NCBI GenBank assembly: GCA_965661285.1 | Contig: CBFIDD010000004.1 | Span: 1 to 64,000, forward strand | Direction of reading: 5' to 3' | Length of the DNA stretch: 64,000 nucleotides | Source of the DNA: Poseidonia sp. | GTDB taxonomy: Archaea; Thermoplasmatota; Poseidoniia; Poseidoniales; Poseidoniaceae | Shown: positions 1-9,554 of the stretch, in pieces | Position numbering within the stretch: the stretch's first letter is position 1 | Layout of the letters: every line of letters begins with the position of its first letter | Made by a program: the position numbers and the translations under genes | Notes under the pieces: model-generated | Told to the model about the DNA's origin: nothing | Databases searched by the model: none | Seen by the model: the letters and a program-made list of their open reading frames with translations, nothing else

Positions 1-514
1 GCAGGGTTCGTTCATGCGGGAGCAAAATTTCAGCAACGAGGTGCAGTAGAGCTGTATGTGTCTTCTCGAGACGATAGTCCTCTGGAACATCCCAATACAC
101 ACAGAATTCTGGAGTCTTGAACCAAACACGAGACCCTTCTTGGTGGAAATTCGCACGAAGGTCGGTATCGTTCCATTCCATCTGTTTCTTGGGCATGGGT
201 TGCTGGGCTCTCAATTCTAAAATTTCAGAGGGAAGGGGCGCTTTTTCTGGGTGAGTTATCCACAGTATTCGTTCTGATTTTTTCACACAAGGTGCAGTGG
301 TCATGGACCACATTTTACCCAATTGAATGACCTCTTCATGATGGCCTAAGTTGTACAAGGAACGAAGGACAATGTCTTTAGCAAAATCCCCCTCTGATTG
401 ATGATCGACAAGGGATTGAGCCCGTTTTTTTGCGACATCGTAATCTCCTCGATTGTACGCAGAACGTATGCGCAATTTGCGGAGAAGGATCACCACGGTT
501 GCTTTTCTTCTCAT
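1..514 (-). CDS. Hypothetical protein, partial (runs off the left edge); part of the low-GC glycosylation island
   Basis: Manually read open frame from ATG at 514 (MRRKATVVILLRKLRIRSAYNRGDY...YWDVPEDYRLEKTHTALLHLVAEILLPHERTL) with no stop before base 1. Absent from the ORF track because it has no stop. Divergent from the epimerase. Confidence 0.7.
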   Translation of the reverse strand, partial: MRRKATVVILLRKLRIRSAYNRGDYDVAKKRAQSLVDHQSEGDFAKDIVLRSLYNLGHHEEVIQLGKMWSMTTAPCVKKSERILWITHPEKAPLPSEILELRAQQPMPKKQMEWNDTDLRANFHQEGSRVWFKTPEFCVYWDVPEDYRLEKTHTALLHLVAEILLPHERTL

Positions 515-582
515 GATTCAAATCATCTTTTTGCATGGATGTACGGCGAAGGCTATGTATTGGGAAGAGGTAAAACACCACC

Positions 583-1527
583 ATGGGCGTTTATTTGGTG
601 ACGGGTGGCGCTGGATTCATCGGCTCAAACTTGGTGGCCAAACTTCTCAGTCAAGGCCATGTTGTTCATGCTCTGGACCTTCTTGAGGCGCCCTCCGAAA
701 TGGCACATCCGAAGTTATTTTGGTTCCAAGGCGACCTCCTTGATTCAACAATTGTCGGGGCTTCGGTGCAAGGCATTGATGCTGTTGTTCATTTGGCTGC
801 ACAAACTTCCGTTCCGTTTTCCGTCACCCACCCCGAAATGACCCACAAGGTCAATGTTCAGGGGACGGAGGTGCTGATTCAGCAATGTCAACACCACGGT
901 GTTCAACGATTGTTGGCCGCTTCGAGTGCAGCGGTCTACGGGGATTGCAATCAATTACCGCTCACTGAAGACAAAGCGGGGACACTTTTGTCCCCCTATG
1001 CTGAATCAAAATGGACCAATGAGAAACAACTCCTTGAGGCGAAAATGGGAGGCATGGATGTCATGGCTATGCGTTTTTTCAACGTTTACGGCACCCACAT
1101 CAGCAAGGAAAAATCGGTCGGCGGTGTGATTGCTGCATTTATCCGAGCAATGATAACTGAATCTCCACTTCAAATTCATGGAGATGGTGAACAAACCAGA
1201 GATTTCATTCATGTGAGTGATGTTGCTGATGCGATTATCTCACTTCTCACACTGGAACAGAGGTACGCTGAGCAAGCCGTGAACATCTGCAGTGGAACAC
1301 AAACCAGCCTGTTAGAATTGGTCGACATGATCGAAGAGGAACTCTTTCTTCAAAACCAATTATCTGAACAAGTCAGCCCGAGTTTATCAAAACCATTACC
1401 TGGAGACATCCAACATTCACTTGGTTCACCATCTCTGCTGCAAACATTGGTCAATTGGCATCCAAAAAATACACTTCAACTGGGCATCAGGAACATCATC
1501 ACTGCCTCATTGGAGGAGAGACCATGA
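583..1527 (+). CDS. NAD-dependent sugar epimerase/dehydratase (extended SDR, UDP-glucose 4-epimerase-like)
   Basis: TGGAGFIGS Rossmann motif, HLAA, SSAAVYG, YxxxK (YAESK), RFFNVYG, DGEQTRDFIHV. Confidence 0.93.
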   Translation: MGVYLVTGGAGFIGSNLVAKLLSQGHVVHALDLLEAPSEMAHPKLFWFQGDLLDSTIVGASVQGIDAVVHLAAQTSVPFSVTHPEMTHKVNVQGTEVLIQQCQHHGVQRLLAASSAAVYGDCNQLPLTEDKAGTLLSPYAESKWTNEKQLLEAKMGGMDVMAMRFFNVYGTHISKEKSVGGVIAAFIRAMITESPLQIHGDGEQTRDFIHVSDVADAIISLLTLEQRYAEQAVNICSGTQTSLLELVDMIEEELFLQNQLSEQVSPSLSKPLPGDIQHSLGSPSLLQTLVNWHPKNTLQLGIRNIITASLEERP

Positions 1528-2618
1528 AACTGATTTGGGTCAGCGTCAGGAAAGCATCGGACCTCTGTTCTACAACCACTTACTCAATCCTTGAGGGATT
1601 AAGTCAACGTGGACATGAACTTGTTTTTCTAAGTCCCAAGCCCTTTGATGAAAACACATCATGGACCAATATTTCACTCCAACAATCATCTGTCAAGGGA
1701 TTCCAAGCGAGTTCTCTCGCATCATCGGCTCTTGTTTGGTTCAAAACGCTTCGACCAGCTGAAGACCAATGCATTGTCGTTGATTGGCCGCTTGCTTCGA
1801 AATTAGGACCGTACCTTAGCAAAGCAGGACATCGCATATTGCTCATGGACCGTTCACCTCCCGCAGATCCTTCACTCCTTGGGAAATTGCAGTGGAGGCA
1901 ATGGAAAAAGGCATGGGCGTTGGTGAAGAACAATGTGTTCAGTGATGGCTTTGTCGTTTCGGAAGCACACGCTAATTTTGCAAAAAAGTATTGCGACCGA
2001 GACGATTGTATCCATATCCTTCCCGCCGGAGTTGATACGGATCTTTTCCAGCCCGCCTCCAAAACAACAGATTTGGAAGCACCTTCATTTGTTTACCATG
2101 GTCGTTTGGATAAGCACCGGGGCGTCCTTGCTCTCCCGCTGCTTATTCAACACCTTCGAACATCGGGAAAAAACGCAACCCTCACACTGATTGGCGAGGG
2201 GGATGCTGAACGAGGTTTGCACAACATTGCAAAAAAGAACGACTGGATATCCATCATTGAAACTCTAGAGAAAAAGGATCTTGCGAAACAACTTGCACGG
2301 CATGACATTGGTTTATTGCCCATGCCTAATTCTACTGTTTGGCGATTGGCAAGCCCTCTCAAGCGAAGTGAATACCTCGCGTCTGGCCTGTTAGTATACG
2401 GAATTGCACATGCAGGAAACCAATTGCCTGGCCGTCAGGAGCAATGGATCAAACTCGTCGAACGGTCAGTTTTTCATGATGCATGTGGGCCTTGGATTGA
2501 TTCACTCAGTGATGTTGATGTTTCGCAACTAAAAAACAATGCGAGGAGATATGCTGTGGATGAATTGAATTGGAGCAACACCGTCAATGTAATGGAACAA
2601 CTTCTTCTCAAGAATTGA
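1524..2618 (+). CDS. Glycosyltransferase family 4 (GT-B)
   Basis: Start re-assigned to MKLIWVS, which overlaps the upstream stop (ATGA). GVDTDLF, YHGRL and SPLKRSEYLASG motifs. Confidence 0.85.
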   Translation: MKLIWVSVRKASDLCSTTTYSILEGLSQRGHELVFLSPKPFDENTSWTNISLQQSSVKGFQASSLASSALVWFKTLRPAEDQCIVVDWPLASKLGPYLSKAGHRILLMDRSPPADPSLLGKLQWRQWKKAWALVKNNVFSDGFVVSEAHANFAKKYCDRDDCIHILPAGVDTDLFQPASKTTDLEAPSFVYHGRLDKHRGVLALPLLIQHLRTSGKNATLTLIGEGDAERGLHNIAKKNDWISIIETLEKKDLAKQLARHDIGLLPMPNSTVWRLASPLKRSEYLASGLLVYGIAHAGNQLPGRQEQWIKLVERSVFHDACGPWIDSLSDVDVSQLKNNARRYAVDELNWSNTVNVMEQLLLKN

Positions 2619-3594
2619 GGAGATGGCCGTACACCTTTCGCCATTGTTCAGCAACGTGCTCTATTTTGTGTTCATCGGGTAATGTTGCAGATGATTGCAG
2701 GGTGGATGATTCAAAAAAAACCTCAAGGAAATTAACCCAGTCAGTGATATTCCTTGGAACGAAATGGACGGAAGTGGGAAGCGAATGCAATTGTTCTGAG
2801 GCCAAAACAGGCAGCCCATGAGCAAGCGCTTCAAGAACCACCATTGGTTGACCCTCAAACAAAGAAGGAACCAATAAAACTGAGGATTTACGAAGTAATT
2901 GTTGCTTTTCTGCCTCAGAAAGCCACCCTTTCTCTTGAATATACGCTCTGCTTTCGCCTTCCTTTCCGGTCATTATCAACGAAACATTTCCCAATTTCTT
3001 GTTCAAAATACCTGCTACCTCCATGGCAAAATCATGTCCTTTGACCGGATCGTTTCGTCCTAACAGCAACATCTGATTTTTCTTCCGAATCACTTCGTCA
3101 TCAAACACCGGAACAACGACTGGATTTGGGACATGCATCAATTCCCCTAGTGCAGGATTGAGTATCTCTGCCCAATGTCTCGACAACACCACTGCAACGA
3201 TGTTTTTCCGCTCAATAATGGCGCGAATAGATTTTTTCCGGCGAGGGCCACCGACATCTAACCAATCGTTAAATCGTCCTGAGTGGATATGCAACGTGAT
3301 TGGAACTGCATGAAGTTGCGCGATTCGAATCAATCGCGCCTTCCGCCGCCACGACCAATCCGCAGCCGTGTGCACATGGACGATATCGGGGCGGAGGGCT
3401 GGATCGCTGCATCGTCGCTTCAATTCCCTTCGAGCCCGCCGATAGGCCCGCCATTTGGCCCAAAGCCCACCGGGTGCATGCGAGGCGAGCAGTTCGGCCT
3501 GCCAGCCTTCGGGCGGGAATTCAGCGAGGGTGTGCATGACGGTCGCCATGCCGCCCGGCGTGTCGCAAGGCCCCACGTGCAACACCTTGCGCAT
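2608..3594 (-). CDS. Glycosyltransferase family 4 (GT-B)
   Basis: Start re-assigned to MRKVLHVGP...GGMATV. PDIVHVH, KG, PSLFEGQPMVVLEALAHGLPV (E-x7-E motif). Confidence 0.9.
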   Translation of the reverse strand: MRKVLHVGPCDTPGGMATVMHTLAEFPPEGWQAELLASHAPGGLWAKWRAYRRARRELKRRCSDPALRPDIVHVHTAADWSWRRKARLIRIAQLHAVPITLHIHSGRFNDWLDVGGPRRKKSIRAIIERKNIVAVVLSRHWAEILNPALGELMHVPNPVVVPVFDDEVIRKKNQMLLLGRNDPVKGHDFAMEVAGILNKKLGNVSLIMTGKEGESRAYIQEKGWLSEAEKQQLLRKSSVLLVPSLFEGQPMVVLEALAHGLPVLASEQLHSLPTSVHFVPRNITDWVNFLEVFFESSTLQSSATLPDEHKIEHVAEQWRKVYGHLLNS

Positions 3595-3698
3595 GGTCCT
3601 CCCATGATGTTCGGCGTCATCAAATGGTTGGCGAAAGAGGGGTGTCGGACCGTCTCCGTTGAGGAGAGCATAAGTGCAGGGCGTCATGCAAGCGAAGC

Positions 3699-4925
3699 AT
3701 GGTCGTCGTCCCCGCCATCGTTGAAGGCGCGGCCCTTTGCGTGGCCTTGCTGCCCTTTGTGCTGCATCGTTGGGACATGTACCGGTGGGACAGGGACCAT
3801 CGAAGTGAGCACGTGCCCAAGGGCGTTGGTCATGAAGAAGCGCTCACCGTGTTGCTGCCGGTATGGAACGAATCGCGCATCATTGAGAAGAAACTCGACA
3901 ACCTCGCCGCACAAGGTTTGCCGATGAACCTGCTGCTCATCGATTCGGCATCAACCGACGGAACGGTGGACCGCGCAGAGGCATGGCTTGCAACGAATCC
4001 AAGCGCGTTTGGAGATGTTGACATTCTTCGCATGGAAACGCGACAAGGGAAAACCGCCGCCGTTGTTCGGGCCCTCAATCATCTGGGTCAACACGCGGAA
4101 GGCTTGGTGTGCATGACCGACGCTGACGCCATGCTTGAACGAGGATGTCTGCAACGCATGATGCAATGGTTTGCCGACCCGATGGTGGGGGCGGTAGGTG
4201 CTGTGCCGAACCGCAAGGGGGCTCGCCACGACGAACGGATGCATCGAACGGCGTGGGAAGCGATGCGACTCGCTGAGTCCATGGTGGACAGCACGCCGTT
4301 TCTCGAAGGGTCCTGCATGATGTGGCGCCCGTCATGCCTCGCGATTGACGACCTCCATCCCGGGGCCAACGCCGACGACGCTCAGATCACCACCTCCATT
4401 CGGTGCCGCGGATGGCGAACCCTGACCGACCCCCACGCCACGTTCATCGACGCTGCACCGGGCACCGTCAAGGGACAGCACCGGCAAAAGATTCGCAGAG
4501 CCCAGGGCTTGCAGCGCTTACTCATTCGACAGCGAAAACAAGCTACGGCGAAAGGGCAGGGCCTTTTCGGCCGTATTTTCCGACGGCAGTACCACTTTCA
4601 CATCGTGGCTCCCTTGGCGCTCACCATCGCCGCTGCGAGCGCTGTTCTTCGCTGGGGCTTCATCGGCTTGTATGGATGGCCAGCGACGTTCACCCTCGCC
4701 AACAGCCTCCACCTGGGCTTCACGGTAGCAGAAGTCATCAGCGTGGCCTTGTGGTGGCGCAGTCGACAAGGGAAAGCCAGCGGCCCGCTCTCACTCATCG
4801 GTCAGTGGTTTTCCAGCATGGAACTGCTCGGGCGTTCGCTCGTTGTCACGGCACGTGGACGTTCCTTGCATCAGTGGGAGCAGCACGCCGATGTGCGTGA
4901 ACACATGTTGGATGTTGAAGTTTGA
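3699..4925 (+). CDS. Glycosyltransferase family 2, membrane-associated
   Basis: LPVWNE, DSASTDGT, GK, DAD, ADD, QKIRRAQG (QxxRW-like) and C-terminal hydrophobic helices. Confidence 0.9.
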   Translation: MVVVPAIVEGAALCVALLPFVLHRWDMYRWDRDHRSEHVPKGVGHEEALTVLLPVWNESRIIEKKLDNLAAQGLPMNLLLIDSASTDGTVDRAEAWLATNPSAFGDVDILRMETRQGKTAAVVRALNHLGQHAEGLVCMTDADAMLERGCLQRMMQWFADPMVGAVGAVPNRKGARHDERMHRTAWEAMRLAESMVDSTPFLEGSCMMWRPSCLAIDDLHPGANADDAQITTSIRCRGWRTLTDPHATFIDAAPGTVKGQHRQKIRRAQGLQRLLIRQRKQATAKGQGLFGRIFRRQYHFHIVAPLALTIAAASAVLRWGFIGLYGWPATFTLANSLHLGFTVAEVISVALWWRSRQGKASGPLSLIGQWFSSMELLGRSLVVTARGRSLHQWEQHADVREHMLDVEV

Positions 4926-4962
4926 AGAAAAGGCCCCCCCGGCGGCCGTGGCCGCCGGAGGC
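4925..4962 (-). terminator. GC-rich hairpin between the convergent GT2 and pilin genes; probable terminator of the pilin transcript
   Basis: CCGGCGGCC-GT-GGCCGCCGG perfect inverted repeat at 4939-4958, followed on the minus strand by TTTTCTT. Confidence 0.55.
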
Positions 4963-5012
4963 GCGTTGTACAGGTCAGAGACCTGGAAAGTGTGGCTACT
5001 CAGTGATTGAAA

Positions 5013-5516
5013 TCACTCAGCAACGACGCCGTTGGTGGTGTCGATGGTCTTGCCTTCACGGGTGTCCGTGACGGTGACGTCGATGGAACAGCTGCCAGAG
5101 CAGAGCTCTTGGCCGTTCTCGACAACGGTCACACCATCACCAACGGACCAGACTTGGTCGTCGGTGTTGCCAAACTCGACGAGGCTGCACACTGAGGTGC
5201 CGTCAACGCCGGGGTTGTCACAGGTCACTGGGGCAGCGCCGTCAATGCTGAGCTTGACGGAGACAGCGGCCCAGTTGATGTCGCCGCCTTGGTCCATGGT
5301 CAACATGATCAGGTTGTCAGTTGTGCCAGTTCCGGGGGTACCTTGGGCGTCCTTTCCGCTCATGGCGTAAAGGGCAAGGTTTCCGTCGGTGTTGCCTTCA
5401 GCGAGGGAGCTCGCCCACACATACAGCACACCAGCCAACACAACGGTGATTGCGACCATCAAGATGGTAGCGATGACCGGGCTGACAGCCTCATCATTTC
5501 GGTTTTCGTTTTTCAT
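5013..5516 (-). CDS. Archaeal type IV pilin (class III signal peptide)
   Basis: N-terminus RNDEA|VSPVIATILMVAITVVLAGVLYVW is typical of archaeal pilins. Beta-rich C-terminal domain with Cys pairs. GGAGGA Shine-Dalgarno at 5524-5529. Confidence 0.92.
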   Translation of the reverse strand: MKNENRNDEAVSPVIATILMVAITVVLAGVLYVWASSLAEGNTDGNLALYAMSGKDAQGTPGTGTTDNLIMLTMDQGGDINWAAVSVKLSIDGAAPVTCDNPGVDGTSVCSLVEFGNTDDQVWSVGDGVTVVENGQELCSGSCSIDVTVTDTREGKTIDTTNGVVAE

Positions 5517-5523
5517 ATTTTTG

Positions 5524-5622
5524 TCCTCCTTTCCCCATTCGGGGTAGGCCCTGCTATGCCCGTCCTCATATTAAACCCATCTGCCAATTACCCTCACCTA
5601 CGCGGGTAAAAACGCCGTTTTT
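5524..5622 (-). promoter_or_regulatory. Pilin promoter region: SD, TATA box and upstream palindrome
   Basis: Minus-strand TTTAATAT at 5568-5575, GGAGGA at 5524-5529, palindrome AAAAACG-C-CGTTTTT at 5608-5622. Confidence 0.5.
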
Positions 5623-5868
5623 TGGAAAAAATAGGGATGTTATATTTTCGCGCAGAACGCGCCAGCGAGTGGTACATACCGTTTGTAAATACCAAAATTG
5701 ACCAGAAAAAATCTGAGCGTGGCTTACGCTGATGGGAAGCGTTGAGGTGAACAGGGTGAGAGAAAACGAGAGGGGATGGGATGCACTCAACGAGAACTTC
5801 AACAGCCCTGTTCGGTATTCCGTAGGCGTAGCCAGTTTATATGCGTTTTTGAGGGTAAAAAACGGGTT

Positions 5869-6882
5869 TTACTCGACGGTCAATATTTCCGGGCCGCCGG
5901 AGGTGACGTGAACGGTGTGCTCAAACTGGGCGATGTTCCCGCCGTCCCTGCAGCGAAGAACATGGTAGGTTTCGAGGAAACGGATCTTGATGAGTTTGTT
6001 CACAAGAGCGTTCCACTTGCTCTGAAGGCTGGCTTCATCGGCGTCCGGGAAGGGCTTTTTCAGCATGGGATACGCCCAGCGTTCGGCAAAGGGTAGGGTG
6101 GAATAGCGTTCTTCGAGGTTCCGCGCCATTTGGGCACCAAGCGGCTTGAGCTGGTTTTTCGCTCGTGCCTTTCGAGACGTGGTCAAACCGGTCACACGGT
6201 AGATGTTGGAAGAATTGGAGCGACCTATGTTTTCGATGAGGCCGGATTCACCGGTCGTGTTGAACGGTTCGATGGCGTACACCCCGCCTTCCTCAACCAC
6301 ACCCGAAAACCCACGGTTGTCCTTGCCACAGGCGTAGGACGGAACGGAGACGCCCGCGTGGAGTTCCCACGGTTTGAGTTGATGCCCGCACAGGTTGCGG
6401 ATGGGCTGGAACCCTGCATCCAAGGAGGGCTGAGCAGCGGCTTGCCCCACTTTGTACCAGGGCGTACCCGGGTGGAGCATCTCAACGGCAGCATCCCTCG
6501 CTTCTTTGGCGGCTTTGATTTGCTCGGTGTGTTCGTTGCTGTTCCCAATCTCCACGGTGAGGGCGTTGTCGCCAATGTGGCCTTTGATGTGAACGCCAAA
6601 GTCAATTTTGACACAGTCGCCTTTCTTGAGGACCGTGTCGCCGTCCCATCCTTCAACGCCTTCGACTTGGTGGTTGGTGGTAAAATGGGCCGCCAGGTCA
6701 TTGACAGCAATGGTTCCCGGGAAAGCAGGCTTCCCGCCGTGGCGATGGATGTAGCGCTCTGCGGATTCAATGATCTCGTGGAAGGTTTTGCCCGGTTGCA
6801 ATTCGGCCTTCATGGCTTCGAGGGTACGACGGGCGACGTGCCCCGCATCTCGCCAATACTTCAAGTTGGATTCTTCCACCAT
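5869..6882 (-). CDS. map: Methionine aminopeptidase, type II
   Basis: AFP...AAHFT, KIDFGVH..G.IGDNA, NLCGH, AIEPF, YSTLPFAERW insert, AQFEHT. Confidence 0.95.
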   Translation of the reverse strand: MVEESNLKYWRDAGHVARRTLEAMKAELQPGKTFHEIIESAERYIHRHGGKPAFPGTIAVNDLAAHFTTNHQVEGVEGWDGDTVLKKGDCVKIDFGVHIKGHIGDNALTVEIGNSNEHTEQIKAAKEARDAAVEMLHPGTPWYKVGQAAAQPSLDAGFQPIRNLCGHQLKPWELHAGVSVPSYACGKDNRGFSGVVEEGGVYAIEPFNTTGESGLIENIGRSNSSNIYRVTGLTTSRKARAKNQLKPLGAQMARNLEERYSTLPFAERWAYPMLKKPFPDADEASLQSKWNALVNKLIKIRFLETYHVLRCRDGGNIAQFEHTVHVTSGGPEILTVE

Positions 6883-7454
6883 TGAACCACGCTACGCGAA
6901 GGTATGATGCCCTCTCTCATAACAGTTACCTCCGGACCTCGTTCACGTTGCGTCACGCTGAGGATGGTGCTGCCCAATCCACCCGGGCAGTCACCCGATA
7001 GAACGGCGTGGGCTGGAAGACCCAAGCGAGCACCCGCTTCTTGGGCCGTGCTGGCAGGTTCTTCACCCGATTCGTTCGCGCTGGTCGCCGTGATGGGGCC
7101 GAAGGTTTCGACCAGTTGACGAGCGGTGGGGTGCGCCAAACAGCGAACGGCCACCCGGTCGCCGCCCAGACGGGGGTCGAGCAGTTCCACGGCGTCAAGA
7201 ATAAACGTGAAGCCACCTTTGGGAAAGGCGGCTTCGAGCTGACGGACTTTGTTCGGGATGTGGACCAACGCCTCGGCTTGCTCAAGCGAAAGTACCCCCA
7301 AACTGACGGGTTTGTCAGCCGAGCGCTGTTTGAGAGCAAACAGGCCGTCAAGCGCATCGCCGTTGGGCAAACAGGCAAGACCGGGAAGCGTACTGGTGGG
7401 GTAGGCAATCACGCCGCCGTTGTTGAGGTGTTCAACCGTCTCCTCGGAGAACAT
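6861..7454 (-). CDS. L-threonylcarbamoyladenylate synthase (TsaC/Sua5 family, single-domain form)
   Basis: GGVIAYPT, KQRSADKP (KxR), VAVR, PITATSANESG, STI, REG. Confidence 0.88.
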   Translation of the reverse strand: MFSEETVEHLNNGGVIAYPTSTLPGLACLPNGDALDGLFALKQRSADKPVSLGVLSLEQAEALVHIPNKVRQLEAAFPKGGFTFILDAVELLDPRLGGDRVAVRCLAHPTARQLVETFGPITATSANESGEEPASTAQEAGARLGLPAHAVLSGDCPGGLGSTILSVTQRERGPEVTVMREGIIPSRSVVQWWKNPT

Positions 7455-7466
7455 GATGGCGACACC

Positions 7467-7748
7467 TCACGCCTTGACCCACTCGTTGACATGGAGTTGA
7501 GCGACCTCTTCAGCAAGCGATGTATCCTCGGTTCGAATCATGAGTTTCCCGCTCGGGTAGAGGGTCATCTCGCACCGCCCAGAAAACGTCCAGCACAATC
7601 GGGAACGCACCCCCACCTCAAATCCGGCCGCTTCAATCGCCGTTCCCACGGTTTCGAGTTCGATGGTTTCAACCTCCTCGGGGACGATCTGGTAGGACCC
7701 TTTGGTCCCACACAATTCCATCGTAAAACCGTCGGACATCGGATTCAC
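7467..7748 (-). CDS. Small conserved hypothetical protein
   Basis: Tightly packed in the minus-strand run with genome-like composition; TLYPSGKLMI beta-turn motif. Confidence 0.65.
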   Translation of the reverse strand: MNPMSDGFTMELCGTKGSYQIVPEEVETIELETVGTAIEAAGFEVGVRSRLCWTFSGRCEMTLYPSGKLMIRTEDTSLAEEVAQLHVNEWVKA

Positions 7749-8867
7749 TCACACATCAGAAGCGCGCTTTGGTGGGCGGCCGGGGGGGCCGGAAGGTGGA
7801 CCCGAAGGAGGACCGCTGGGAGGACCGGAAGGTGGGCCGGAGGGGGGACCCGATGGAGGGCCGCTGGGAGGACCGGAGGGTGGACCCGAAGGAGGACCGC
7901 TGGGAGGACCGGAAGGTGGACCCGAAGGTGGACCCGATGGAGGGCTGCTGGGAAGGCCGGAAGGTGGACCCGAAGGTGGACCGCTGGGAGGGCCGGAGGG
8001 GGGACCCGATGGAGGGCCGCTGGGAGGACCGGAGGGTGGACCCGAAGGTGGACCCCTGGGAGGACCGGAAGGTGGGCTCGAGGGCGGTGAAGCGGGGGGC
8101 GTGGGGGGTGCAACGGCCGGTGGAGAAGGAGCCGGTTCGTCCGCGGGTTCTGCTGGTGTCGAAGCGACGGGCGTGAGGGGCGTGAGCAACGGGTCTGCGG
8201 CGGCAGGCGCTGGTTCAGGCGTGAGTTCAGGTGTGGGTTCGGGCGTTGAAGCAACGGGGGTGAGAGGCGTCAACGGAGCGGGCGCAGATTCTGCCTTTTC
8301 CCACGGCGGCGTTCGAGGGCCATCATCGCTGTTTTCTGCTTCGGCAACATCGCCACGGATCACTTTCGTGGCGCCGCCTTCGGCATTTTCGCCGACATAC
8401 GTGGTCATCACGACGGTGTCGGCATTGATGATGCCGCGCTCTTCGGTGTTTCCAAAGGCATCCAAGTGAGCATCAAAAGCACCGCTGAACAAACTTGAGC
8501 CAATGGCGTTACCGAGAACACGCCCTTTGTCGGCCTGGTATTCAAAGTCGGCTTCGTAAGGCCCGAGCTTCATTGCTTGGCCGCCGCCGGTGAATTCAAA
8601 CGTCCATGTGCCCAGCCTGATGGAGGCTTCAAATTTGAACTGACGTATGAGGCCGGGGCCGATGGAACTGATCCCTTCCACCGGTTCATAACGCGCCCCC
8701 TTGGCATCCATCAGCGCGGCGTCCAAGCCACCGACGGGAATGGCGGATTCGTTGACCACATCCACCACGACCATGATGATGTCTTCATCGTCGTCATCGA
8801 TTTCCATGACCACCGACGACAAATGGGCGGAAAGGGAGCCGGCTTTGGCGCTGTGCTCGTCACTCAT
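7749..8867 (-). CDS. Hypothetical protein: beta-rich N-terminal domain plus Pro-rich (SGPP)n tail
   Basis: 372-aa ORF abutting the next gene; acidic globular N-terminus followed by a PA/PT-rich linker and tetrapeptide repeats. Confidence 0.75.
   Translation of the reverse strand: MSDEHSAKAGSLSAHLSSVVMEIDDDDEDIIMVVVDVVNESAIPVGGLDAALMDAKGARYEPVEGISSIGPGLIRQFKFEASIRLGTWTFEFTGGGQAMKLGPYEADFEYQADKGRVLGNAIGSSLFSGAFDAHLDAFGNTEERGIINADTVVMTTYVGENAEGGATKVIRGDVAEAENSDDGPRTPPWEKAESAPAPLTPLTPVASTPEPTPELTPEPAPAAADPLLTPLTPVASTPAEPADEPAPSPPAVAPPTPPASPPSSPPSGPPRGPPSGPPSGPPSGPPSGPPSGPPSGPPSGPPSGLPSSPPSGPPSGPPSGPPSGPPSGPPSGPPSGPPSGPPSGPPSGPPSGPPSGPPSGPPGRPPKRASDV
7783..8082 (-). repeat. Coding tandem repeat, 12-bp unit encoding SGPP (about 25 units)
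   Basis: Degenerate GGA/GGT-GGA-CCx repeats; a block of about 59 bp is duplicated at about 7834 and 7990. Confidence 0.9.
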
Positions 8868-8932
8868 GCTGGCTCACCTGAAACGACGAACGGGCGATTC
8901 TACTTCAAGGGCTTGCCCGAAATACGATGCGT

Positions 8933-9496
8933 TTAGCGCAATCGCAAGCGAGTTTCTGAAGGCAAGGACCAGTCCACGGCGGCGACCGTATGGTGCTTGA
9001 GGTCAACCGCCGTGCGGTATTCGGCTGTGGTGGAACCGGCGTTGAACGTGTCGCGCAGGCCAAACCACAAAGGACCGAGAACGGGGATGAGGTAGACCAT
9101 TTTTGCAACGGCTCGAGGACCCCAATGGTGAGGTTCGAGCATGGTGCCGTTGTCGTGGACAATGGCGATGCGAAAACCTCGCTGGGCCAGCGACCGACCC
9201 ATGGTTTGGCCGGTGTACTTGAAGTAGAGATAGAAGGCGGCGGCGAACACAAACCAATTCATCACGAAGGTCGCCGTGTATCGTCCCCCTTCGGTCAGCA
9301 TGTCGATGTTGAACAGGTTCGCCATCAATTGCCCGCCCGTGAAGAAACTCAACACGATGGAGATGAGCATGACGTCCAGCATGAACGCCAGCACGCGTTT
9401 CCATGCAGGTGCGATCAGCATGCCCTCGGGAGCGGAACCGATGATGTTCTGAGCGAGCGTGCCGCCCTTCACGATGGTCACCGGGTCGTCGGCCAT
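8933..9496 (-). CDS. RDD family membrane protein
   Basis: APAWKRVLAFMLD motif, TM helices, GQTMG/GRSL, late D...T motif. Confidence 0.85.
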   Translation of the reverse strand: MADDPVTIVKGGTLAQNIIGSAPEGMLIAPAWKRVLAFMLDVMLISIVLSFFTGGQLMANLFNIDMLTEGGRYTATFVMNWFVFAAAFYLYFKYTGQTMGRSLAQRGFRIAIVHDNGTMLEPHHWGPRAVAKMVYLIPVLGPLWFGLRDTFNAGSTTAEYRTAVDLKHHTVAAVDWSLPSETRLRLR

Positions 9497-9554
9497 GTTA
9501 CGGGCACGGCTTCTCCTTTGTCAAATGGCGCGTTGCATCCACCGCAAGCAGCCG

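Noticed and set aside
7702-8469. Plus-strand (GGPE)n ORF and CRISPR-like appearance of the repeat
   Set aside because: It is the antisense shadow of the SGPP repeat. There are no unique spacers and no cas genes.
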